A stretch of 64,000 nt of DNA from Lingula anatina (lineage: Eukaryota; Animalia; Brachiopoda): contig CM120640.1 of NCBI GenBank assembly GCA_051362555.1, positions 44,432,788-44,496,787 of the forward strand. The letters are read 5' to 3'. Below the pieces are notes generated by a model. It had not been told where the DNA came from. It worked only from the letters and a program-made list of their open reading frames with translations, and searched no databases. Shown piece by piece: positions 12,339 to 25,300 of this stretch (the stretch's first letter is position 1; every line of letters begins with the position of its first letter). Both the position numbers and the translations under genes were made by a program.

Positions 12339-13883
12339 ATGGCCGGTAGAGAAAGAGATATTGTCGCCCGCATGAAGTGCGAACTTGCACATGAACGTGA
12401 AATGAAGAAACTTCTTCTGCAATCGAGGGACGAATGGAAACTCACCGTGGCCGAGCTCAAGAAACGTTACGATAACGCCATGCATGATGATTACGAGTGG
12501 AAAATACGGTGAGTAGACTTGAACGCGAAACTTGTTTCAAATAAAGTGAGGGAAAGAAAGAAAAAAAAAACACATGGAAACAACCATTTGAAATGTTATG
12601 CATACTTATATTAGTATGTACATGTTCCAGTATATGTATATACACAAGGCGGTACATCACCAAACTGCATTAATAATTATTACGTACCGAGTAATGTGGA
12701 GCTTTAAAAAGCAAATGAAATGTATGTACAATGCGCTTAAAAACCACTATAATAGTAAAACACCGCATACTGTTACGTGTATCTTGTTTTAACTTGCGTT
12801 TTTTTCAATAAATTAACATGAATACCACGTCAAAATATAATATTTGCATTCACAGCAAGAGGCGGGGTTACTAAATCTGGTATTTTGTCAGTTATTTGCT
12901 TCATTTTCATGGTCGCAGTTATTTTGCAGTTATGAGACCCAAGTAGACATCAACATGCAATTTGAAAGACAAATCCAGCAGTTAGCCGAAAAATTGAGGA
13001 ACCAAAAAGCCAACATAAAGAATAAAACAGACTTAGATAATATGGCCGAAACCGACCTTAAAAGGATGATAAGTCAATTGACCAGAGAGAAGGGCAACTT
13101 AGACAGTACGGCGTTTCTTATTCTAAAATAGCGTCAGTTGATAGTGTGGTGGATGGTGGTTGGGATCATTTCATTTTTAAAGATAAATTTACCTGTTTTT
13201 CGAGTTCATGTTTTCGATTTGTGAGAAGATATGATAAAAATAATAATATTAACAGGGCGCTAGCTGAAATATTACTCTCTCGAGAGAGACTAGCTCTGAT
13301 ACACACTTTCAGATGTGACCTTACAGCTTTGCCTTAAACATATTTGACATATCACATTCAAAGGAAAGGAATGTGTATTCCTTCACACAGATTTTTTTAC
13401 TATTTTTCTTCTTCTCACACAGGTCAACTCAAAGATTTCGAGTGGCGACTCGACCAGGAAGCCAAAGCTTTTATTCGAGCTGACGAAAAACGGAAAATGA
13501 TTCTCCTCGACATCAGCCAGGCTAAGAATGTAATAAAGGAGACTGAGAGGCAGTGTGACGCAAGACTTTTTAACATGAGAAAGAAGCACTATAAAAGGCT
13601 ACGAGAAAGATTCAAAGTCACCTTGCCACCCTTGGATAGAGAGTCAAATAAACGTGTGGTCGTTGCAGAAGGGGGGTACGCCAAACAGGCAAAGATGAAA
13701 AGTGAGAAGAAAAAACCAAAGAATTCTTCTCGGATGTTGAACCCCAAGATGGGACCAGCGAAAAAAACTGCTTTAGTTAATAAATTACCACCTATTCAAG
13801 ACGATATGCCAAAAGTGTCCGGACCAAGTGTTATTGAAGTTTCGTTTTCAAGACATAGAGCCACTGACGTTAGAAATGAGTAA
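12339..13883 (+). CDS. CCDC169: Coiled-coil domain-containing protein 169-like
   Basis: Exons 12339-12508, 12930-13105, 13423-13883; 807 nt = 268 aa + TAA. EWKIRYETQVDINMQFERQI resembles human [29 protein letters not shown] resembles KLEQESKAY; PKMGPAKKTALVNKLP resembles AKRGPVKKITRPNHLP (human sequence from memory). Confidence 0.85.
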
Positions 13884-14591
13884 AGTGGCGTCATGAGAGC
13901 GTTTTGGGACATTTTTCAAGCAATTGTATAATTTCACCACATCGAAACAACAGTGCTCTACTCGGTAATATTATAAGTGTCATCTATTCATAACTATTCA
14001 TACTAATAGTATATGATATCGAGAAATATTTTAGGGCAAACTGCAGCCTACTAGAAAATAGACCTTGATTACGATTGTTTCTTTTCCCTAAGGCCTCCAT
14101 TTAACATGTCGGGTACATTTTAGGCTAGTGCAATACATTTAACCTATGTTGGTGTACAAAATATACGACAAAGCGTGGAATAAAAAAGGTAATTTCTTTT
14201 ATTTTCATTTCAAAATCCAATTACAATTTCAACGATGCAAAAAGCTGAAATAAACAAGAAATATACTCGCATTTTCGGATATCCGATACACATTTTTTAC
14301 ACCATCTGTGGACACGAGGCGAATAAACGAAGCAAAAAATGTCCTCATACTAGTACAACTACTGCACTGTACTACATATAAACGCGTTTTTGGTGCTAAA
14401 TACGCTAATATAAATAAAAAACACTCGCTTGAGAAAACGCCTTTCCAAATTCGTTTCTTCATGTCACCGTAGTTCAGGGTACTCCCCTATCAAAGAACAT
14501 TACAAAGATGAATGAAATAAAAACCTACACATATTAGAAGATATTTTACTGCACTTTTAAAATGTAAATTTCTGTGTAAACCTAAAGCAAA

Positions 14592-14594
14592 AAA

Positions 14595-14662
<68 letters not shown>

Positions 14663-14670
14663 TAAATAAA
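14592..14670. repeat. (AAAT)n/(AAT)n microsatellite
   Basis: Read directly. Confidence 0.95.
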
Positions 14671-15928
14671 CCAGAGGGGTTTTACACGTTTAGTGGACAT
14701 TGGACGAATACACGCTGCTTTTTATTGTCTAGAAGTTAAGCACTAACGTTTGCAGACTTCACTGAGATCTTCATGTTATACACAAAAACTTTTTATCTCT
14801 TAAACAAATAATGGGCGCGCTTGTCAATAATTTTAGTTGTCAACGACCCCAAAGTCCTCCTTTTGTTTGATACCGATACCCGTAGCCCACGACTTGAAAA
14901 GGGTATAGGTAAAGACAAGTAAGAACATAATACAACATGCATTATCGTTTCAAATGAGAATGATTAAAAATTATTGGCATGTGGCCACCCCGTGATTTTA
15001 TTTTACATATAAATAGTGCATTTTCCATTTTCTACGATGGCAATCAAATGTCTGACCAATATCTATCGATGATCACTGAAATTTGAAAACAAAGCCACTC
15101 TTAACTTCAGGGTACATGTACACGCAAGCGGTGTGTAAGAGATGCCAAGAAGCATTTCCCATTGTGGGACATATTACTGTAAGCACAACTGTAGCAATTT
15201 GACAGCTTTTCCCATCATCTGGCTTTTAGAACGCAATTCGTCTCTGCCAGAGTAGTACTCTTACTGGAACAATTACAAAGATCTAACACTTAATCATTAT
15301 AAATGTAAAATAAAAGCTTGTAAATGTACATTCTATCTACATGTGTTAATTTCTTAACTAAATGGTTCAGATGACATATTATATTCACTTGTAGTCATGC
15401 CCATTTCACACATTTTAAATTAAATGTAGAAGGATTCCATACAAGTTGCCCAGAGTTCATGCCCTGAATATGCATGCATGTAATTAAAGTCACCAAAGAT
15501 GTTCACCTAGTCAATTTAATGTCTCCATACTATAACATATAAGACTGTTGTTTATCCATGTGACAGCGAAGCTGAATCTTCAGTCTAGCAGTGATTTCAA
15601 GTAATAACCTAAGAAGGCACAGATTTGTTCACGTCAGAGTCAATTTGCTTTGTGCACCTTCCGGGTCCATTTCTAGCTTTGCATTCCTAAAACCAAGTCT
15701 TGGTGAAGAATCTTTTTAAAGTGAGAATGGAAATCCAATGCAACTTGTACATTTTTTCATCCTCAGCACATTTTTAAATTCAATTAATTAGTTCAGGTTT
15801 GATATCTTTTTACATTTTGTACAGAACCATCTACATCTCTCCAGTTCCTGTGTAAATTTCCTGTCACTATTCCATGACTTCATTTTGTTTTATTTCACAT
15901 CGAGTGTTCCTTCCATGAAGAGGGTGAA

Positions 15929-16746
15929 TTAATAATTGAGCTTACTTTGGAAAAGGGCCATCTGAAAAACACAAATATACATTAATGAAGACATATGAAT
16001 ATCATTCCATATGTTTTCTATACAAATTCTGAAATACATCTTAAGACATTTTGGATTTTAAGGCAGTACAATGGAGCAACATATTAAGAGTCATTTTTAT
16101 TAATTTTTTTATACTCATTTTACACATAGTCACTTCATAAGAGCATAATCTTAATACTTCATTCCTTTTTATAAACAACAAATTAAACACCAGAAACACT
16201 TCACTAAAATACCTAGAGAAAAAGCATTCCACAAATATGCAAAACACAACCTAAATACACAGAAATAGCTAGAACTATAGAATTAAAAAAATGCAATATA
16301 GATCCACATAATCAAAAGCTCAACAGCAAAAATCATGTAAAGCAGATTCTCATGATCAATGTCAGGATTAGAAAGATATTCTTATATGAAAGATTCGGGT
16401 TTGACAAATTCATAAGTGATTCAGAGAAGAATTTCATCAGCTGTGTTAAGCTATAAAAATGATGTGAATTTTTCTTCAGTCAACATATTGGAAATATTGG
16501 AGGTAAAACCTATCTCAATATTAGCTGTTGACTGAAGAAAAATTCACATCATTTTCATGAATGATTATTTTTTAAAAAGTGAATGAAATTAATTTCCTTA
16601 CAAATCACGTTAAATTTTTTCAGCTACATGTATAGCACTTTCAGTAAAAGATGTTCTACAAATAATACAAATCTATGCTTTTTTCTTTTTGACATAAAAA
16701 ATGCATTCTTCAATAAAAAACATGACTTTGAAATATATTTTGCACT

Positions 16747-16783
<37 letters not shown>

Positions 16784-19248
16784 AAATAGTCAAAGGGGGG
16801 TTCCATTAAAATGTGTTTATTAATTTCAACTTGCACTTTATATTATGATGCAGGTATGAGTGCTCTTTAAGTGAAATTTTTTAGTCCTAATTCAACTATT
16901 AAATGTTACACTTAAATGAAAAAAAAAATGAAACTGCTGAATAATTGTGGTGAATAACTATGAAACATGCGCTGAAATAAAAAAATCTATATTGCAAATG
17001 AAGCATCCTGATTAGTTACTAATTAGGTGTGTTAAACGTGCTGCCTTCACTTAGCAATAGAATGTCTAAACTTGACTTTTTCATCTAATGAGGGTGATAA
17101 AAAACTGCTAGAAATAAACATGAAGCATCGGCTGTATCTCTACTCTCACATAATTGAAAGAATGAGATACCTCAGTCTTCGTTGATGGTTTTAGAATACT
17201 GAAGGTAATAGAAGTGAAGTTAGTATCAGAGAGATATTGAGAGATCATAATCAGATATATACAACACAGAGTTTACACAATAATCTAAATCAAAATCACA
17301 CTTTTCTATTCAGTTTTCAAGGGATCACAAAAAAAAAGTGGGAAAACGACAGTTTTGACAATACTTTAACCTCAGAAACACACTCGAATTAACAAAATCT
17401 AAGGGTGCTGTAGATTTTTTTCAATTATCCTACCATTCCTATAACACGAACATGCTATTTCATGTATCTAGGCTGGAATAAAAGCACAATGGTGCATCAA
17501 CCATTCATATACAAAGTTCATTCAAGTTCATACATTCATATAAAAACCATACTTTTATCAGATAATTACTGGCAATGCAAGGAAATGTGTAGACAGAAGC
17601 ATAACATTTTCATTTCAAAGTTTCCAGCAGTCATTTGTAGTTTAAGTACATGTGCATATATTATATTGTGCTTTAACAAATTCAATTTGGCCCAGAGCTG
17701 ATAAAAAATTAAGACTCTGCCAAATGGTGAAACACAATAAATGGTTTTATAAATTCAATATCTTTTTTCTTAATTTTGACATATTTCTCAAAAAAGAAGT
17801 TGAAAAGGTTTAAAAAAAGAAACCACTTAATTGAGCTTTCAGTACAATTAAGTGTTGTGGTGGTATTTAAAATGATTAAAGAAGTATAGACATGAAGTAC
17901 ATGTACACAGATACCATAGCTCTATCCAAAGCTCCAAATAAATATTACCAAGCAAGGTTGCCACTTACCACACTGTTGCTGAGACTTGCTAAACTAGGCT
18001 GGGATCTCCGTGGTGTATTTGGGGTCATTTGATTAAAATAGCCACTTCCATAGTGTGGCTTATTCATTTCGCCCTAGAATATCCCAAATTGACAAATGAA
18101 AAAAATATATCTTTTAATTTACATCTAAAGATTATATCACATTATTCTGATAACTTGCATCAAATGTACATGTAATTAGTACATATCTGACTGAGATAAG
18201 ATAGCAAGTGAGAGAACTCAAAATGTTATACAAGGTTAAGTTAAGCTTCAAAGTTAAATGAAAGAAGGTAACAAAGAAACAAAACTGTCTAGTGTTAAAA
18301 TTATATCAGGGGACCAGATCCAGGGGTTGTGGGCTTGAAAAAAGGGAAATGTGCAACAAGACACATAAAGACTTAAAGGTGCACCAGAAAGTGGATTAAT
18401 ACAGGAGGTACTGGTGAGGGAGAAGGGGAGGGGAGAGGCAAATAACTGTTTTATCCATAAAAATAAAATCAAACGTATTTTATTACAAAAACAAAATATG
18501 GATTGCATTCTCTAATCATAATGTGCAGCTTTAGGGTCTAAAACATTTTTTTCTTGGCATTTAGAGTATCAAAGAGGCATTGTTATGCATGAAAATGCCT
18601 CATTGTCTTTGACTAGTACATGTAGTCACAGGCCATACTGACACACTAAATCTACAATCCCTGGATACTGGTCCTACACTGTAGTAATGATAGTAAGAGG
18701 AGTAGTTAGCAATATCAGATTAGACTTCTCACATCAATATCAACACAGAAAGATCAGGAAAATTGAAAAAATAGGATTCTCCTGAGACTTACAGGTACCA
18801 CCACAGGCCCTGCACTGTGCCGTCGAGGTTTGCCATTTGCATCAACTGATAAACGATGGTGAACAGGGCTGCCCAAACTTTGGGTACTGGAGCGTCGGGG
18901 GAAGCCCATTGAGCTATCATCCGGGATCAGATTTATCCCAGGGCTCATTGGGCCTTCAGGGACCAGACTATATTGCTTATGGTCAGACAGGTCCTGACAC
19001 GGTGATAAAAATAAAAAAAAGAAGAGGATACCATGTTGAAAGACACAAGACCAACCCACCAACCAACACAGAGTAGACGTGATACACACATAAAACAAAT
19101 GTTGCCTCTTTTTTTTTTAAAGGAATTATATAAAAAGAGACACAGCAGGTTTGTTGTAGTCACAAATGAAATCTGTTTACATGCAAAAGTATATTTTTTG
19201 GACAAGGATCTCTGCATTCCTGCTGGTGACAATGATTTCTTATTTATA

Positions 19249-19323
<75 letters not shown>

Positions 19324-22300
19324 GTTATCATATTAAATGGAAAATATTACAATTTTACATACTCAAATAACTATATGCTGATTATTTTTTATCATAAAGG
19401 TAAATAATTACTATTGGAATGCAAGATTGTTGTCATCAGAACACTTCAACACACTGCTAGTATGGTCAATAGACTGAAAATATTACTATTTATGAAAACT
19501 AGAAGTTTAATAATATATATGTACAGATGCTACAATTACTGCACTGTGAACATTTGGGCTTCTAGAGTTGTTATAAGTGTTAGTAAATTAAGGACAAACA
19601 ACTGGGTATCCTATTAGTTGTTATTTAGCAATAATTACTGTTAATACATAGAGACACATGAAACATGCCAGTGACTTAAAGTTTAGTTTGAAAAAAAAAT
19701 CAAATGGCTATTGGTTTGGGAATTTTAATTGGTACTTTCAAACCAACAGACAAAAATTATAAAATGAATATTTTTTTTTGAAAATATGCTGCATATCAAC
19801 TTCAAATGTTTGAAGTGCTTGCACAACTATAACCTTACATCACTTGTGAAGTGGTTTGATCTATCTTTAAAAAATGCTATTAATATAATCAGTGTTGATC
19901 TTTGAAAGCATGCAAATGCACAAGAATAGAAAAAAATTCTAAAGATCAATGAGGATTCTATTTTTCACCCACCCCCTTTTTAAATAAAACATTTAAGTTA
20001 TTTTTGTGAATCATAATTTAAATGCCATTGCTATGACATCATACCATGGTCAATAGCTTAAACTATGACAATATATGATGGCAGCATGCATACATCCATG
20101 CACTAATAGTAATTATACAGAATAAATGCATTCACTTTTTAAAGTGTGCAATTTTATTCTATTATCTACTAATCAATTTCTAAGCACATAATATTTGGGT
20201 GCTTGTATAATAAACAGTGACTGATACAGCAAAAAGCAAATTTTAGGGAAAAAAATTTTCAAAAAAATTAATGATAATATGTCAATAAACAATTCAATGA
20301 GAAATTAAAGAAAAACTTCATGCTAAACATTCAGATTTCTGTAACACTGACAGTACCAAAGCCTTCTGTATTAAATAAATAAAGAATAAAGGACAAAAAT
20401 GAAATAAAAAAAAACATGATTAATCATTACTTTTTAGCTTAAAATTACATAAAAGAGATTCAATTACTTTGATGAACTGACAAAATAATTAATTTCACAT
20501 TATTTACTTAACACCCGTATTAATAGATTTTCTTATTTCCCCCTAACTTGCAGAGCAGGGATATCAATATTTCATGCTTTTTGTCCCTAAAGACTTTCCT
20601 ATTTCTATCTCTTTCTCTCAAGGCATAATCCCCATCTTGCACTCAGACAAATTGCATAAAAAATGCATCATGCATTCCCTTTGCAAACTGGTATGCAGTA
20701 AGTCTTCATCTCTGAAACTTGTTTTTGTAACATTTTAACCACTAGCACAACCTATTCACCTGTTACCATCTAAGCAAGAATTGAAATACTATAAATTCTA
20801 TATCTGACATGTAAATGTACATAAAGCAAGTGACAACACTGCCAGCAGGACCAAAGCAAGAGAAAGTGGTCGTGTTTTCCCCTTACCATCATACTCCGAT
20901 GCTTAAATGGGAACAAATCACAGGGTCATTATACCAATTTCTTTTTTTTATACAAAATATACTGTATAAAAGTACTCTGAAAGCTATAAGCATACAAAAG
21001 CAGGATGTCCCATGCAAATTTGGATCCTTGTTAACATGATAAGAAAACACTGGTTTCTAGACAACTGGTTAGTGCACATGATCATCTTTCCTTCTTTCTA
21101 ATGGTACAGGCCATGAAATGTTTATATTGGACACATAAGACTGGACAAAACAAACATAACTTGATGTGAATGAACAGGTAAATTTTGTAAATATATGGTT
21201 AATATATTTTACAGCAATGTACTGGTTACTAGACTAATACATGTACATGTAATGTAACATGTCATATTGAATCTAATATATTGGTGTCTTGGTTTCTATG
21301 TTGTATAAATTTTGAACAAAATTTAAAGTGCATCTGCCAGGTCTTCCAATATTTAATTTTTTAGGCCTAAATGTACGGTACTATCCCCACAAAAAGGTTT
21401 ACTGCTTCTGTTGGATTACAATCTCCAGCAGCTAAACACTGATACTAGTACATCATATACCATTGTATAATGTAGCACACTTCATACCTTTAAACTAGGA
21501 CACAGAAATTAATCCTTTTGTCTTTCTATTGGTGACTTGATGATCTAAACATGTGTCACTGATATCTATGTATCAACTTTGTATATCCTGTACAATGTGC
21601 TTTAACAATAATAAACATTCTAACAGTAATGCATGGCATAATTTTTTTTTTTTTGGGGGGGGGGGGGCTGATGTTGTTCTGTTGAGGAACTATCAAAGAA
21701 CTTTGCGAGGCAGGTAAATGTGAATGCAACAAATCATTAAAAATATTTATCAATGTCAAATGATTGGTATTTTTAAAATTAAAACTAAAATGTGGAAAAA
21801 CAAGAATCAATATAGTGCATACGTAGGAGTAATTAATTCAAATCAGTTATGACGTGTAAATATTATAAATGTATCATACAGAATTTCATTCATTTTTAAA
21901 TAAAAGAAGAACCATACTAGAAGTATAGCATAACATCCATATGATGGCAAATGTATAAATACCTTATTTGCATTGACAGAGGAATGGTTTGACACCCTGC
22001 GCTGTGATATTGGGCTAGCTGCTGTAAATCGTTGTCTGTCTTTCAGTTCAGGTGTGCTGGGAGCTGAAGGAATCAAATGTAACAAAATAATGACTTGAAT
22101 ACATTCATGGATGCATACCCCATTTAAATTGTCTCTAAAGGTAAGTGTATGAGGAGAAAAGGGGGGTGATTTTTAATTTCATAAACATCTGTAGTTCAAG
22201 TGCATTGGATGGAAATGTGACGGAGCAGCAAATTACAGGTACATGTATCATGCATAGGCATGCAACAGCCTATATTCTTAGTTAAGAACAGCTTGAAGAA

Positions 22301-25300
22301 ACCAATTTATAGCAATATGTTGAAATCTCCTATTATTTTGACTAGGTAAGAGGGTACATGTAATTGCCTCCTCTTGCAAATACTAGTTATGAAACTGCCA
22401 AAGCATCAAATCTAATTATCAATTACCCTGATGCTCATATCAATGTTCAATGTTGGTGAATATGTGTTTACTCAAAATAAATATAGAACAGAAGAAAAGC
22501 TTAATGTTTGAAAAGATATTGCACTGTATTGAAAGGTTGAAGTGAGAACAGATCTATATAATAAATGAACAAGTAGAAAATGGAAGTATAGAAAGGCAGA
22601 AAAGATGGATTTGGGTATACTATCTTTGACATAATTTTGAGTGTTATTGACCAGAAATGAATTATAAAATATGACATGCTCAGAAAATAAATAATTATCA
22701 TAAATAGATGAGTGTTGTGTGCATGTGCTTGTTTGACTTTTAAATAAATATGAACATGCATGTGGGTTAGAATTTCTTTGTGATTTGTGTCCTGTTGGAG
22801 AATTTTTAAGTTAATTCTCTATCAGCATCAAACGCATGTACAAAACATATATCACATAATAAACAACCAATAAAGATGCACAGCCATTTTCATCTAAAAG
22901 AAAAAAAACTTTTAAACAAACTATATGTATTTAAAATGGATATAAACATTAAAAGTCATGCAGCAGAATCAAGGTGAAAGCTTTACATAAAATGATAGCC
23001 CAGTCAAAACATGCTTCTCCCATTGATTTTGCTCATTGATTTTGTTCATGTGTTTTTTTTAATTCTATAAACTTTTTTTTACTTCAAATTTTTAGCTACA
23101 GGGATTTGTCATTTGTCTTTAAAATGTGATAAACCAACACAAAAGAAGAGTCCAATAAAAATGAAGTCTTATATGCAAAAAACAAATACTTAATAAATAT
23201 AAATCACAATATAAATGGAAATGCTACATTTAATCCCACTCCAAGTTTCATGTCAAATCTGTGAAATACAAAGCAATGAAGTGAACAAAATGACAAATGC
23301 ACCCAACTGTATTACTATAAAACCTCATTTTTGCAAAATATCCGATTTTTCCTTTCAGATGAAAACTTTGATATTTATCCTTATATTTTTACTAAGCACT
23401 ATTCATCCATTCATATTTCTCAAAAAATGTAGTTATCCCAAAATGGAGACTTTGGTCTCATCTAAAAGGAAAACAAATGTCGCAAACATGAAGAGGTTTT
23501 ATAGTAACTCTGACCTGGTGAATGATTCTCCTGTTCTTCTTCACATTCCTCGATATAGAATTCGACGCGGTGTTCACGTTTATGATTATTGGCTAGTATC
23601 AAGCAGAAATAAAAAGACACTGACCAGCTACTTGGGTGATAAGGTGAACATACAGCACACACATTTAACACTGGAAGCGTAATGTATGCAGTAAGCAAAT
23701 CTTACATTTCAGTTTCATCTTTTCTATGCAACTACTTCCATACATATTAAACTGCATACGTTTGCATACTTTCAGACATTTCTTTAAAATAAAATCATAG
23801 ACAAGGGAAGGTACAAGTATCTTCAGCAACAGCGATAACAGAGCAAATTAAATTGTTTGTCGTCTTATAATATAATAACTAACAGTCATGTGCAAATTTA
23901 TATGTTAGTGTGAGCCAAAAAAGTAAACATGACATACATGTATATATCTACCAACTGTTTTCTGTAATATACTAGCTTTGAAACTGATGCAGTGAGACCA
24001 TGGTGAATATGCAGCAGAATAATACAGGAAATGACACTGGATCTTAACTGTGCTAGCTCACAGATGTGAAAACATTCAGAAAGGTAACACATTTGCACTG
24101 TAAAAAATAGCCAAAGGATGAAATTGAGGCACTTTTGCAGAGAAACATTGTAACTTTCTTGTGTTATCTAGAATCTTCAGCAACTTTTTGTACAGATCTA
24201 GAGTATACAGTATATACATATTCACACATGGTTCCATTCTATATCAGAGGAAATTTTCAGTTATTTATCTATTTTTTTTTTTATAAAATCAAACAGTATA
24301 AAGATCATTGTTTGGACATGCTGAAGTTAACATCGTTCATGCATATTAAGTATTTTGAACAATACATAAACACACAGTCCACTGAGATGTTTCTACCCTG
24401 TAACAATGAGACACATTAGTGTTAATTATTACCAATCCACCATAATTAACAAATAGTGAACAACAGTGGATGACCTTTGAATTAAACAATGATGATCTGA
24501 ACATTCTTTTAACTTGTTGCCATTCATTCATTAATTGTATTTAATGTCACTTATTTGAACAAGTTTGGGAATGTCTTTCAAAGTGCTATAAAATACATCC
24601 CAGAGATATTTAAAACAAAAGGCTTAGAGAAAAACATGTTTTAAAACACAGGAAGTGTACAAATCATCATTGTGATTTCTAAGAAAAATCCACACAATGT
24701 TATAAAATTCCTGCTAATCTGCCCTGCCACATAATCATGTTAATAATCAAGCTGGAAAATTACCAGACCAGAAACCCAACCCAATGGTCAGCTGTAACAC
24801 AACAGAATGAAATTTTCAATTTTAAAAAGGTTTTAAAAAAATTACAATCATGTGATTCAAAGATATCCAAATTGATGAACCACAGCATATAATATAATAT
24901 ATAAAAGAAAAAAAGCAATACAAATGGTACAAACTTTTAATTTTCACATGGTAATATAACATGGCCTATCATATTCTTAAAAAATCAATCTTTCAAAATA
25001 AATAGGTTTCTCTTTTTCTTTCCGTTGTTTTACAGTGACCTAAATTCCCCATTACCTGTGATTAAATAGCTCTAAATTAGTAAAAAGCTGACAAAAGCCA
25101 TATATCTACCTTGTTCCCTACCTGTCCTGCTTTTAGGATGTGAGACATGGTCGACACTTAGGAAATGTCGCGAGTGGTCTTTCTCGCGGCTTCTTTTTAT
25201 GTCATCAATGTGAGCTGCACTTCGATGACGTTGCATACCAATAATATTTGGTGCAGATCCCCTGAAAATTTTAACAAAATTTCTTTTCATATTACAAAAA

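Noticed and set aside
12076-12390. 104-aa minus-strand ORF at the CCDC169 promoter
   Set aside because: GTG start, no motif, antisense to CCDC169 exon 1.
19033-19407. 124-aa ORF with a YI repeat
   Set aside because: Translation of the (AT)n microsatellite.
23215-23682. 155-aa plus-strand ORF
   Set aside because: AT-rich intronic composition, no motif, antisense to a SCYL2-like exon.
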